Shown one piece after another: positions 1-8,249 of a stretch of 37,149 bases of DNA. Where the stretch lies: UHGV virus genome UHGV-0075871; one strand, written 5' to 3'. Both the position numbers and the translations under genes were made by a program. The stretch comes from a virus. How positions within the stretch are numbered: the stretch's first letter is position 1; every line of letters starts with the position of its first letter. The notes under the pieces were generated by a model. The model saw nothing but the letters and a program-made list of their open reading frames with translations. It did not search any database and was not told where the DNA came from.

Positions 1-49
1 ATGTTTGCAGTTTCAAGGCATTTTCTTAAATCTGCTGGTGATGCCCTGT

Positions 50-712
50 TCATGCAGCACGCTCCCGCCCCTGGTTGTCTATTGGTGACACCTGAGCATT
101 GCTGAATGCATTTGTTAATCCGCCAATATCCAACGCGTATCCAGGGTGTAGTTGCACTGCCGGGTCTTCGCACTGATTACCCCAAACATCGAAGCCATGA
201 GACGTCTGGCGGGCGAACAGTTCAATGCGAGAAACATCGCCTAACAATTGCACAAGTTTTTCACGAACGATATCTGGTTTTCTTGAGTGCTCAAGCCGCG
301 GTGCGGTAAATGACTGAACGATCCCTGCATTAATGCGCGTAGGTAGTTTTCCCTTTACCGCAAACAGGCAATCTTCACTATTGGCGCGAGTCATGTGTCC
401 CATACCCATAACCAGTTTATCTGGTTGTCGACTACCACATTTTATCCACGTGAAGCCCTTCATCGTCATCAGACGAAATCCCCAGGCTTCAACAACTTTT
501 AGTGCTTCGAGTGGTTGTGTTGGCACCCACCACATGGCCAACAGACAGTTTTCAGCGGTCAAATCCCACACAGGAAGGCGGCAGATATCCAGCACACTCA
601 TAACTGGATATTTAAAACCGGCACCGCGATTACCATCTGCGGCTTTGTCCCGGTATACCCAGGGTGGATCTGCATAGATTAGTGTGTATTTCTTAGTCAT
701 AAACCACCCCAC
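50..712 (-). CDS. DNA N6-adenine methyltransferase (MT-A70 / Dam-like)
   Basis: 220 aa ORF; N-terminal LIYADPPWVY motif (DPPW catalytic motif of MT-A70-type adenine methylases); last gene of the leftward early operon. Confidence 0.8.
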   Translation of the reverse strand: MGWFMTKKYTLIYADPPWVYRDKAADGNRGAGFKYPVMSVLDICRLPVWDLTAENCLLAMWWVPTQPLEALKVVEAWGFRLMTMKGFTWIKCGSRQPDKLVMGMGHMTRANSEDCLFAVKGKLPTRINAGIVQSFTAPRLEHSRKPDIVREKLVQLLGDVSRIELFARQTSHGFDVWGNQCEDPAVQLHPGYALDIGGLTNAFSNAQVSPIDNQGRERAA

Positions 713-992
713 AACATCCTATGCCGCTATAGTCGCCACGGCGAAGGCCGTTACCTTTTGTGATACATTGGTCCCTGCGAACCGCGATCCTTGCACGTTC
801 AACATCACCAGAAGCAACATCCATACACTGAAGCCAAAGGTGAGCGGCAATGCGGAATTGCCCTTTTTTCTCTCTTTCAATCGCGCGTTTTTCGATCTCT
901 ATCGCCGCAGGAGTAACGGCGACAATCTTTGACGGACTGCGCATTGAAACCTTATTCATGTGATATTTTTCAAGTCGGCTTAACTTTCTCAC
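693..992 (-). CDS. hypothetical protein
   Basis: 99 aa ORF co-oriented with the leftward operon; GTG start preceded by GAGGG; overlaps the methylase start by 20 nt; competing + strand ORF 684..932 lacks operon context. Confidence 0.4.
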   Translation of the reverse strand: MRKLSRLEKYHMNKVSMRSPSKIVAVTPAAIEIEKRAIEREKKGQFRIAAHLWLQCMDVASGDVERARIAVRRDQCITKGNGLRRGDYSGIGCCGVVYD

Positions 993-1101
993 TTAATCCA
1001 ACCCTCTCTGAAAATTAATGCCAGCAGATAAAGCCATGCTGAAACAGAGGCCAGGAATAAGTACCATCCTGACCATTTGCTCCAGTGCCTTAGCAGCGCA
1101 C

Positions 1102-1350
1102 TCATGCAGCGTTGCTCACAGGACGATATACACGTTGCTGAACAGGAGGCTTTTTACCCTGGAACTCTGCCGGGCTTGCTGCCTGACGTTCATCAAGCCA
1201 ACGCTCAACTTCGTCACGGTTCCATGCGCAGCGTTTATCGGTGATATACCAGCGTTTAGGAAATTCCCCTGCGCGCTCCATACGGTCGATAGTGCTCCAT
1301 GACAGTGGCACCACCGCCAGGAGTTCCTTCTTACCTAATGCACCTTTCAT
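1102..1350 (-). CDS. AlpA-like / excisionase-like helix-turn-helix regulator
   Basis: 82 aa; segment LSWSTIDRMERAGEFPKRWYI...AWNRDEVERWLDER fits the AlpA/Xis-type pattern (S.STI.R....G.FP ... W...EV..WL..R). Confidence 0.65.
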   Translation of the reverse strand: MKGALGKKELLAVVPLSWSTIDRMERAGEFPKRWYITDKRCAWNRDEVERWLDERQAASPAEFQGKKPPVQQRVYRPVSNAA

Positions 1351-1399
1351 AAATACCTCTCTTGGTTGCAGTGCGGCGCGCGTGGCGCCGCGGTGGTGG

Positions 1400-2281
1400 T
1401 TACATAGATGTTTCGTTTAATTCTTCCCGACGAACGCTGTAAACGTCGGTGGCTTTTGCCAGCAGTTCGTCATCATCTGAAAGTTTTTGTGCAATGTATT
1501 TGTAAGCCTTATCCAGTTCGGAGACAGTGCTGTAATTCATCGCTGCGCTGGTAAAGGCCATCAGCATTTCTTCTGGATCACGGCTATCCGCTTTACGCGT
1601 TTGCTCATCAGGCTTTTTCGCTGGTTTAGCGTTGATCAGACTGTTCATTCCCGCAGCAGTGGTCGTTTGCGGAGTAATGTCTCGCTCAACGCGCGGTGCC
1701 GTTTCCTGTAATTCGTCAGGGGTGTAAACACCGAGAAGTACATCAGGAGCGTGCAGGCGAGCCCATCGTTTCGTGCAAAGATAGGCAAGCTGCTGGCGCG
1801 GATCCTGTTCCCACAATGGAGAGTTACGCACTCCGGCTTGCGCCATACTGATGGTAAGCTCACGGGGTTCTGCTTCTCCTTTAAGAACTGCTGACACAGT
1901 TACCGTCAGATTCGGTGATTTATCTGTTTTGCCGTTAACATTCGACCAGTCACCGCTCCAGCGATAATTCAGGCGTGTCGCTAGCAGGCTGGAAGAGGAT
2001 ACGACCGCGTTTACCAACTGTGCTTCGTAGCCTAACGTTCCGTTTACCACATGCGTTTTCTGCGCCACGGCGAAAGGGTTCATTCCCCACTGTGCCGCCT
2101 GCATGGTCACCGCCAGACAATCGGCAGGTTTGCCTTCAAGATGTTTCGGTACAGTCGCTTTGCTTTGTGACATCAACTCCGCGAAACGCACCAGTTGATT
2201 CATGCCCTCCTGGCTGAAGATTGCCGCAGCAGTACCTACAGTTGCGCCTGGTTGTGATGTGATTGCGATATCATTGCTCAT
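1400..2281 (-). CDS. single-strand annealing protein, Red-beta/Bet-like
   Basis: 293 aa; ADCLAVTMQAAQWGMNPF resembles the Bet segment AQFIALLIVANQYGLNPW, and a C-terminal ERDITP motif is shared with lambda Bet; start overlaps the stop of the upstream exonuclease gene. Confidence 0.7.
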   Translation of the reverse strand: MSNDIAITSQPGATVGTAAAIFSQEGMNQLVRFAELMSQSKATVPKHLEGKPADCLAVTMQAAQWGMNPFAVAQKTHVVNGTLGYEAQLVNAVVSSSSLLATRLNYRWSGDWSNVNGKTDKSPNLTVTVSAVLKGEAEPRELTISMAQAGVRNSPLWEQDPRQQLAYLCTKRWARLHAPDVLLGVYTPDELQETAPRVERDITPQTTTAAGMNSLINAKPAKKPDEQTRKADSRDPEEMLMAFTSAAMNYSTVSELDKAYKYIAQKLSDDDELLAKATDVYSVRREELNETSM

Positions 2282-3099
2282 ACGTACATATCCTGTTTAC
2301 GTGCCCAGTCAGGGCGTTTAATAATTTCCACTCCGCCCCACTCATCGTTGATGCGGCATTCGTGATAGGTATTCAGATCCCGGCGGAACAGAGCGTGCCC
2401 GGCATCGACATCCGGCGCATCCAGCTCGAACACGCGTACCGGATATCGACCACAATCAATGCTTTCGCTCACGGCAAGAAAGAAAAAACCATGCGGCTGA
2501 CCAGTAACCCTCATTGCGCCTTCGCGGTACATTGCGTCCTGCACGTGGTAGCGGAATTCCTCGATGTGGCGTGCAAAACGGTCCATATCTGCAACCTTTT
2601 TCACGTCGACGATCACGTTGTGCTCGTTCAGCCATTTGTCTGGACGAATGCGGCACAACTCACCCGTATCTTCATCGTTCCAGTACATTGATGCTTCGCA
2701 GTAACCAGGGGCTTCCAGCATCCAGCGTGCCGCCGGGTGAGCCATTGCGCTATCACGCATCAGCTCCAGTTTCCGCCACTGCTCGGCATCAAGTACCGTA
2801 ATCCCCATATCCGCCACATCAAGAAGAAATGCCTCTTCGTCATCTTTACCTTGTTTCGTCCGACGATCGAATTTCGGTGAAACGATGAAGCGTTTGTCGA
2901 ATTCTCCAGGTTCCAGAAGCAGGCAGTGCAATGCGGTTCCCATATCCAGTGCAGACTTTTTCTCTTCGTCTTCTGGTGCTGCCTGAACCCATTTAAGAAG
3001 CGCCGGATTCTTGGCAACCATGTCCAGTTGCGACTTACTCACGCCGTCACCGGCGTGGTAGTCTTCGTTGCTGATGTCGAAATAAATTCCCGGTTTCAT
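2278..3099 (-). CDS. PD-(D/E)xK family exonuclease (recombination partner of the annealing protein)
   Basis: 273 aa; N-terminal YFDISNEDYHA...VSKSQL typical of phage PDDEXK exonucleases; later VIVDVKK ... EEFRYHVQDAMY consistent with a D-x-K / Q-x-x-x-Y nuclease core; adjacent to and coupled with the Bet-like gene. Confidence 0.7.
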   Translation of the reverse strand: MKPGIYFDISNEDYHAGDGVSKSQLDMVAKNPALLKWVQAAPEDEEKKSALDMGTALHCLLLEPGEFDKRFIVSPKFDRRTKQGKDDEEAFLLDVADMGITVLDAEQWRKLELMRDSAMAHPAARWMLEAPGYCEASMYWNDEDTGELCRIRPDKWLNEHNVIVDVKKVADMDRFARHIEEFRYHVQDAMYREGAMRVTGQPHGFFFLAVSESIDCGRYPVRVFELDAPDVDAGHALFRRDLNTYHECRINDEWGGVEIIKRPDWARKQDMYV

Positions 3100-3395
3100 G
3101 CCGCGTCCCTCTGCCCATCAAGCTGATCAGCCAGATCCCAGCGGGCGATAATTGCCATTGCCTCTCGCCGATAGGCATCCATCAGTTCTTCGAACTCAGG
3201 GCTGTCTTTAGCAGCCTCCAGTACTTCCTGACGAACGCCTTTGCCTGTTACAACGTCGAAAGTTGAGGACAGTTGATGAAGTCGGATGCTCTCAATCAGT
3301 TCAACTTGTCGGTCATATAGCTGTTCTGACAGGCGGTAGTCCTTGTCGAATGCCAGCATGATTTTTTGAAGATTTTTCTGCTGATTAACGTTCAT
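3096..3395 (-). CDS. hypothetical early protein
   Basis: ORF track 3096..3410; start moved to the internal ATG (MNVNQQK...) because GGAGGG lies 8 nt upstream. Confidence 0.55.
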   Translation of the reverse strand: MNVNQQKNLQKIMLAFDKDYRLSEQLYDRQVELIESIRLHQLSSTFDVVTGKGVRQEVLEAAKDSPEFEELMDAYRREAMAIIARWDLADQLDGQRDAA

Positions 3396-3400
3396 TATCA

Positions 3401-3550
3401 GCCCTCCCATATCTCGTTATCGTTGGCCACATCGCGAGCTTCTTTGCTGACGAAAGCCCACTTAATGCCTTCCTGTAAGGTGCGGAACTTCCAGCTCATG
3501 AATCCGCATGCAGTAACGCAGTACCAACCGTTGATGATTTTCCACTGCAT
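3401..3550 (-). CDS. small hypothetical protein (49 aa), first gene of the leftward operon
   Basis: Not in the ORF track (<60 aa); ATG at 3550 with GAGG upstream; its stop overlaps the RBS/start of the next gene (ATGGGAGGGCTGATAATG), suggesting translational coupling. Confidence 0.35.
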
Positions 3551-3556
3551 AACTTG

Positions 3557-3646
3557 TTACCTCGGTCTGTTACCGTTGAGGTAATGATTATGCGTATTTG
3601 GTTTGGTGTCAATAGATATGAGTTAAAAAAATTACCCTTAAGGTAA
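3557..3646. promoter_or_regulatory. OL-like operator cluster: TTACC-N5-GGTAA palindromes
   Basis: Perfect palindromes TTACCGTTGAGGTAA (3570..3584) and TTACCCTTAAGGTAA (3632..3646) plus a half-site at 3557..3561, between the repressor gene terminator and the first leftward gene. Confidence 0.6.
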
Positions 3647-3656
3647 TTGTGTAGAC

Positions 3657-3682
3657 AATAAAAAAGCCGCCAGAAGGCGGCT
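3657..3682 (-). terminator. rho-independent terminator downstream of the repressor gene
   Basis: On the minus strand GCCGCC-TTCT-GGCGGC followed by TTTTTTATT. Confidence 0.7.
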
Positions 3683-3703
3683 TACTTACTGAAAAATATG
3701 ATT

Positions 3704-4288
3704 TTATTGTTTGTTTTTTTCGTTCTGGTTGATGACAAATTCAATGTAACTTTCGATCTTTGCTTTCTCGGTTTCGGGTAACAATGCGTAGCGCGAGCGG
3801 TCATAGTTGATGGTCGCAGGGTCGTGCGGGTGAATCAGTAATTCATAGCCGTGACGCCCGAATGCGGATGCAACATTCTCCAGGGTGGAAATGGAAACGC
3901 TGACCTCATTGTTTAACAGGCGGCTGATTGTCACCTGGGCGACGCCGGATGCGCGGTGAAGTTTTCCCTGTGTTGAAAGGTCGCGGCTTTCGCTCATCCA
4001 GCGTTCCAGGTTGTGAGCCGCCAGCTGACCAATGTCGCTTGGGCCGACAGGCTGAAAACCTTCCTGAGAAAGCGAGCGATCGATATCAAGCCAGTTACGG
4101 GGTTTATTGGCGGCAGCTTCAATTTTTCGCGCAACCTGGTCGCCGATAACCTTCTTGCCAAGAGCCCAGCGGTTTACCAGATTTGCCTGAGTTCCAAGTT
4201 TTTCTGCCATCCGCGTCTGAACACCATTGAATTCACGGTCGATCAAGTCGTTGAGATTTTGCCTGCGGACGTCCTGGATACTTTTCAT
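3704..4288 (-). CDS. phage immunity repressor (CI-like, two HTH motifs, no S24 peptidase domain)
   Basis: 194 aa; two HTH-like segments (TRMAEKLGTQANLVNRWALG and VAQVTISRLLNNEVSVSIS); divergent from a Cro-like gene across an operator-rich spacer; no G-D-S-M / Ser-Lys autocleavage motif. Confidence 0.7.
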   Translation of the reverse strand: MKSIQDVRRQNLNDLIDREFNGVQTRMAEKLGTQANLVNRWALGKKVIGDQVARKIEAAANKPRNWLDIDRSLSQEGFQPVGPSDIGQLAAHNLERWMSESRDLSTQGKLHRASGVAQVTISRLLNNEVSVSISTLENVASAFGRHGYELLIHPHDPATINYDRSRYALLPETEKAKIESYIEFVINQNEKNKQ

Positions 4289-4343
4289 TTTCTGGAAAAT
4301 CGCCTCGTATATGAATCAGTAGATGATTCAATTTAAAGCAATA

Positions 4344-4406
4344 TTACCCAACAGGTAAATGCACCCCATAGGTAACTATCCTTGATTTTTGTTACCTTAT
4401 GGGTGA
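4344..4406. promoter_or_regulatory. OR-like operator cluster between repressor and Cro-like genes
   Basis: TTACCCAACAGGTAA (4344..4358, perfect), GCACCCCATAGGTAA (4361..4375, variant), TTACCTTATGGGTGA (4392..4406, variant): three tandem sites as in lambdoid OR. Confidence 0.6.
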
Positions 4407-4442
4407 ATATTTATTATCTGAAATAAATATCAGGCAATAGCT

Positions 4443-4673
4443 ATGAGCGATAACGGACATTTCGATTTCAAAAAGCACTGGCTTGCACTTACTCCGGATG
4501 AGCGTGAAGCCTTCGCACAGGAAGCCGGAACGACGAGTCACTATATCCAGACTCACTTAACAGGTAAGCGCAAAATGCCAGGTAAAGTATTGATGAATGG
4601 GCTTTTTAAAGCCTGTAAAACAAGACAATGGCTGCGCTCAAAAGCAGAACTGGCATACTTCTTCTACTCATGA
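4443..4673 (+). CDS. Cro-like / small HTH regulator
   Basis: 76 aa ORF divergent from the repressor gene, followed by a terminator; position and size match a cro analogue; sequence family not recognised. Confidence 0.55.
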   Translation: MSDNGHFDFKKHWLALTPDEREAFAQEAGTTSHYIQTHLTGKRKMPGKVLMNGLFKACKTRQWLRSKAELAYFFYS

Positions 4674-4696
4674 TATCCAGCCACAACCCTCTGTAG

Positions 4697-4718
4697 ACCG
4701 CCACCCGGCGGTCTTTTC
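4697..4718 (+). terminator. rho-independent terminator after the Cro-like gene
   Basis: GACCGCC-ACCC-GGCGGTC followed by TTTT. Confidence 0.6.
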
Positions 4719-4728
4719 ATATCTATTC

Positions 4729-4743
4729 GCACCTCAAAGGTAA
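4729..4743. promoter_or_regulatory. variant operator-like palindrome GCACC-N5-GGTAA
   Basis: GCACCTCAAAGGTAA directly after the terminator and upstream of the next small gene. Confidence 0.35.
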
Positions 4744-4823
4744 TAAAAAACCAAATCTGGTTGATCTTTTTTTTGTGTCAGCACAAAATGACCGTAATCC
4801 CAATACTAATAACAGGGCTTACC

Positions 4824-5024
4824 ATGGAAATCATTACACGTATTGATGCCGCAAAGCGCGGACTTAAACGCTACTACACCGGAAAACCATGTAAGCACGG
4901 ACATGACAGTGAACGTTGGGTTTACAACGGACACTGTGTTGAGTGCACCATGGAATCAAACCGTCGCATCAGGGCTGAGATTAAGCAGATCATGATTAAT
5001 TCCTCCCCACAACATTCAAGCTGA
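4824..5024 (+). CDS. small Cys/His-rich hypothetical protein (possible zinc ribbon)
   Basis: ORF track 4761..5024; likely start at MEIITR; KPCKHGHDSERWVYNGHCVEC suggests a Zn-binding ribbon; occupies the cII position but does not resemble lambda CII. Confidence 0.4.
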   Translation: MEIITRIDAAKRGLKRYYTGKPCKHGHDSERWVYNGHCVECTMESNRRIRAEIKQIMINSSPQHSS

Positions 5025-5039
5025 TAGCGGAGATTAATC

Positions 5040-5855
5040 ATGAGCAGACATGCAACAGATTGGGCCTGGGAGACAGATCCAGGTAGCTCATCATTAAAGC
5101 TCATACTGCTCTCGATGGCTGACAGAGCCGATGAATATAACCTCTGCTACCCCAGCATAGAACGCCTCGTTAAAGACACTTGCCTGAATAAAAAAACCGT
5201 GCAGGCCGGGCTTATATCGCTCATGAAAATGGGGCTTATTTCAGATACCGGAGAGAGAAAGGGAGCGACAAAAAGAGTGCGGGTTTTCTCTCTTAATATA
5301 ACCAAAAACGGGAACATTAAAGGCAACCGAGAGGGGGGCAATGAACCCGAAAACGGTAATGTTACCGAAAACGGGAATATACCCAAAAACGGGATGTTGA
5401 ATGATCCCAAAAACGGGATGTTGAATGATCCCAAAAACGGGATCCAGAACCAGTCATATAACCAGTCATTTAACCAAGAGAGGGAGAGCAGGACAAAAAA
5501 CGGGGATTCTGTGCATCATGACCCCGGCGCAAACAACGCCGTGATGAATAACTTTGTTCCTCCTGGTGGGCCAGGGCAATTAGGCAAATTTGTCATGCAT
5601 GAACAATGGCAGCCATCAGATGACTTTCTTCGGAAAAGCTCATTGCAGGGGATCTACCTGGACAGTCTGCCAACGGCACAGGAACTTGCAGAGTTCAGAA
5701 TTTACTGGATGGCTGAGGGTAAGGCATACCATCAGGCACAGTGGGAGCAGAAGCTGGCAAGGCGGCTGCAGATTAGCAGACAGAAGCAATCAACATTACC
5801 TGATAACAACGTTCCGCACTGGAACAGCCCTGAAGCATGGGAGGATTTCTTGTGA
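5040..5855 (+). CDS. replication initiator (lambda O-like position; N-terminal winged-helix, iterons within gene)
   Basis: 271 aa; ATG with GGAG 8 nt upstream; N-terminal HTH-like region; central N/G/K-rich linker encoded by direct DNA repeats; directly upstream of, and overlapping, a lambda P homologue. Confidence 0.7.
   Translation: MSRHATDWAWETDPGSSSLKLILLSMADRADEYNLCYPSIERLVKDTCLNKKTVQAGLISLMKMGLISDTGERKGATKRVRVFSLNITKNGNIKGNREGGNEPENGNVTENGNIPKNGMLNDPKNGMLNDPKNGIQNQSYNQSFNQERESRTKNGDSVHHDPGANNAVMNNFVPPGGPGQLGKFVMHEQWQPSDDFLRKSSLQGIYLDSLPTAQELAEFRIYWMAEGKAYHQAQWEQKLARRLQISRQKQSTLPDNNVPHWNSPEAWEDFL
5302..5447. repeat. iteron array (candidate phage replication origin) inside the initiator gene
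   Basis: About six direct repeats of CC(C/G)AAAACGGGA, including two identical 24-bp copies CCCAAAAACGGGATGTTGAATGAT at 5382..5405 and 5406..5429, then CCCAAAAACGGGATCCAG. Confidence 0.6.
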
Positions 5856-6637
5856 ACAACGTTTTTACCGCGATACAAAACCGTGACGGAGAAGCCCTTT
5901 CTCGCATGTCAGGTTATGAGCATCAGTACACCAACAATGACAACGTGGTGAACATGTCAGCAGAGAGGCTTGTTGATGCCCTTTTCAAACAGCTGAAACA
6001 ACTGTTTCCGGCGGCAGTGGTAACCAACCTGAAGACGCCAGAGCAGGAAGTTGCTGCAAAACAGCAGTGGATTGCTGCGTTTGCCGAAGGGGGGATCCGA
6101 ACCCGTGAACAGGTTTCTGCTGGTATGCGCCACGCCCGCGCCAGTGAGTCTCCGTTCTGGCCGTCGCCAGGGCAATTCATCAAGTGGTGTAAAGACAGCA
6201 AGATGGTTCTTGGCGTCACCATTGACGATGTGATGGCGGAGTTTCACCGGTACAGCAAGGAAAAAAGTTTATATCCTGGTGGTCCCGAAAGATTCCCGTG
6301 GCGACATCCGGTTATGTACTGGGTCGTATGTGATACCCGCCGTGCAATGTATCAGCGCCAGCTTAGCGAGATTGAGGTTGAGAAACACGCGCGCAGGCTG
6401 CTCGATGATTGGGCGAAAAAGGTAGCTTCCGGACAGCAGATACCCGATCCGGTGATCAGCATACAGGCAAAGCGAGAGCCCATGAGTACACCTCCGGACA
6501 CAGGGAGAGACGTTTACCATCCACCAGGGCGAAGTTTCGGGTGCATGCCTAACGCCGCCACCCTTGGGGGAATAACACCGGCGCAGTGGCTGATGGAGGA
6601 ATACAGGCGGGGAAAGGCGGCAGGATTTATCAAGTAA
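5852..6637 (+). CDS. P: replication protein P-like (helicase loader)
   Basis: EQVSAGMRHARASESPFWPSPGQFIKWCKD aligns closely with lambda P EQVNAGMRVARRQNRPFLPSPGQFVAWCRE; GTG start at 5852 with GGGAGGA 7 nt upstream, overlapping the O-like stop (ORF track begins at 5837). Confidence 0.85.
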   Translation: MNNVFTAIQNRDGEALSRMSGYEHQYTNNDNVVNMSAERLVDALFKQLKQLFPAAVVTNLKTPEQEVAAKQQWIAAFAEGGIRTREQVSAGMRHARASESPFWPSPGQFIKWCKDSKMVLGVTIDDVMAEFHRYSKEKSLYPGGPERFPWRHPVMYWVVCDTRRAMYQRQLSEIEVEKHARRLLDDWAKKVASGQQIPDPVISIQAKREPMSTPPDTGRDVYHPPGRSFGCMPNAATLGGITPAQWLMEEYRRGKAAGFIK

Positions 6638-6674
6638 TACCAGCGCGATAGCGCATTTTTTTACGTCTTGATAA

Positions 6675-6751
6675 TTACCTGTTGGGTAATAAAATATTCT
6701 AAAATCTATTGATTTCGTGTCTTATGTGGTTTTTAATTACCTTAGAGGTAA
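6675..6751. promoter_or_regulatory. two TTACC-N5-GGTAA operator-like palindromes upstream of the next operon
   Basis: TTACCTGTTGGGTAA (6675..6689) and TTACCTTAGAGGTAA (6737..6751), the latter overlapping the RBS of the gene starting at 6755. Confidence 0.55.
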
Positions 6752-6754
6752 ATC

Positions 6755-7102
6755 ATGAGAAAACAGATACAGGCTCTTGGTCGACTCAAAACAGGCCAGA
6801 TGAACAAAACAGAATCTGCGTATTGCCAGCACCTTGAGCAGCGTAAACGTGCAGGGGAAATCGCCTGGTATCGATTCGAGGGTATTAAGCTGCGGTTAGC
6901 TGACAACACGTTCTATACGCCCGATTTCGCTGTGATGCTCGCCACCGGAGAGATGGAACTGCACGAAGTGAAAGGGGGATTCTGGACCGACGACGCCAGG
7001 GTGAAAACCAAAGTAGCCGCAGATCAGTATCCGTTCCGAATCATCGGGGTAACGGTTAAACCAAAGAAAGCAGGTGGCGGCTGGAACATCGAAGAGTTCT
7101 GA
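6755..7102 (+). CDS. conserved prophage protein, possible PD-(D/E)xK-type nuclease
   Basis: 115 aa; YTPDFAV ... ELHEVKG resembles a D ... E-x-K nuclease core; family assignment by memory only. Confidence 0.5.
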   Translation: MRKQIQALGRLKTGQMNKTESAYCQHLEQRKRAGEIAWYRFEGIKLRLADNTFYTPDFAVMLATGEMELHEVKGGFWTDDARVKTKVAADQYPFRIIGVTVKPKKAGGGWNIEEF

Positions 7103-7163
7103 ATCGACGATCTTTTTAGTTATCAATGTAATCAATAAGTTATGTGGATAAGCGAGGGTAAAG

Positions 7164-7598
7164 ATGGAAAGTAATATCAAAGGGTTAGTTTCCGCCGGGC
7201 ATGAGATGGCTTCGGAACTGAAAGCTGAATGTGGTGCCGTTGATATGCGCAGTGTGGCAAAGCTGATCAGCGATTTGGCAACGCAACTGGAAGTGCAATT
7301 GGTGCGTGCTAATGCGCTGGCAGCGGAGAATGCGGCAATGCATGAAACTATTGAAGCCGTTCGGAGTGTTGCGGATAACTCCAGTGGAATTGCCGGATGG
7401 CATTTGAATGGCGATATCGCTACATGGGAAGAGATTCTTCCTGAAATTAACGATATCGAAACCACAGCCACCGATGCTTTCCTGGCTGAAGTGCGGGCGC
7501 AGGGCGTGGAGATGTTTGCGGAGTGTGCATACACGCTTGAACATCATGATCACGCAGTAGCCTTCGCCGCTGAGCTTCGCAAAGGAGGCAACCAGTGA
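7164..7598 (+). CDS. hypothetical protein
   Basis: 144 aa ORF with GAGGG RBS; coupled to the downstream gene (GTGA overlap). Confidence 0.6.
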   Translation: MESNIKGLVSAGHEMASELKAECGAVDMRSVAKLISDLATQLEVQLVRANALAAENAAMHETIEAVRSVADNSSGIAGWHLNGDIATWEEILPEINDIETTATDAFLAEVRAQGVEMFAECAYTLEHHDHAVAFAAELRKGGNQ

Positions 7599-8038
7599 GC
7601 AAGATTGATTATCAAAAGCTTCGTGAAATCGCTGAAAAAACAAAAATTGCTGGTGAAGCACCTGTAATGCCCTTCGATCAGCGAATTAATGCGCTTAACG
7701 ATTTTATGAAGCACTTTTCGCCAGATATCGCGCTGGCACTGCTGGATGAACGGGAAAGAAACCTGCAATACATCAAAAGCCGCGATCAGGAGAACGAGGA
7801 TATTGCGCTAACGGTAGGGAAGCTGCGCGTTGAGCTTGAAGCAGAAAAACAGCGGGCAAAAGTTCTATTTATGGAAAATGCTCGGCTTAAGTCAGGCATA
7901 GCCGGTCTGATACACCTCGGTATTCGATATGCAGATGTTGATGTCATGAAAATTGCTGGAGATGCCCAGCTTTCTACCCCATGCACTGACAGCATCATAA
8001 ACAGCATTGCAACAGGCATTCGCATCAAAGGAGAGTGA
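7595..8038 (+). CDS. ead/Ea22-like family protein
   Basis: 147 aa; GTG start with AAAGGAGG 6 nt upstream; N-terminal MSKIDYQKLREIAEK ... ALALLDERERNLQ typical of Ea22-like prophage proteins (recalled, not searched). Confidence 0.55.
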   Translation: MSKIDYQKLREIAEKTKIAGEAPVMPFDQRINALNDFMKHFSPDIALALLDERERNLQYIKSRDQENEDIALTVGKLRVELEAEKQRAKVLFMENARLKSGIAGLIHLGIRYADVDVMKIAGDAQLSTPCTDSIINSIATGIRIKGE

Positions 8039-8039
8039 T

Positions 8040-8249
8040 ATGGCTATCGCTGCAAGTTACACCATGCATCTCTATTGTGACTGCCGCCAGTGTACGGAAG
8101 GTGTATATCCAGTGCCAGACTTCGGTGAGTATATCGGTACGTCATGGTCTGGTTGTGCAAAAGAGGCCCGTAAAGACGGGTGGCGAATAAGTAAAGACAA
8201 AACACGTGCTTTTGCGCCCGGGCATAAAGTTTTGAGGATTAACAAATGA
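8040..8249 (+). CDS. small Cys-rich hypothetical protein
   Basis: ORF track 8007..8249; start moved to the ATG at 8040 just after the upstream stop with AAAGGAGAG RBS; CDCRQC motif. Confidence 0.45.
   Translation: MAIAASYTMHLYCDCRQCTEGVYPVPDFGEYIGTSWSGCAKEARKDGWRISKDKTRAFAPGHKVLRINK

Noticed and set aside
5147-5434. 95-aa minus-strand ORF inside the O-like gene, and the question of whether the repeats are a CRISPR array
   Set aside because: The ORF is generated by the iteron repeats (its product is a repeated FNIPFLG peptide). The repeats are about 12-24 bp, contiguous and in-frame within a coding gene, with no unique spacers of uniform length, so this is an iteron array, not CRISPR.
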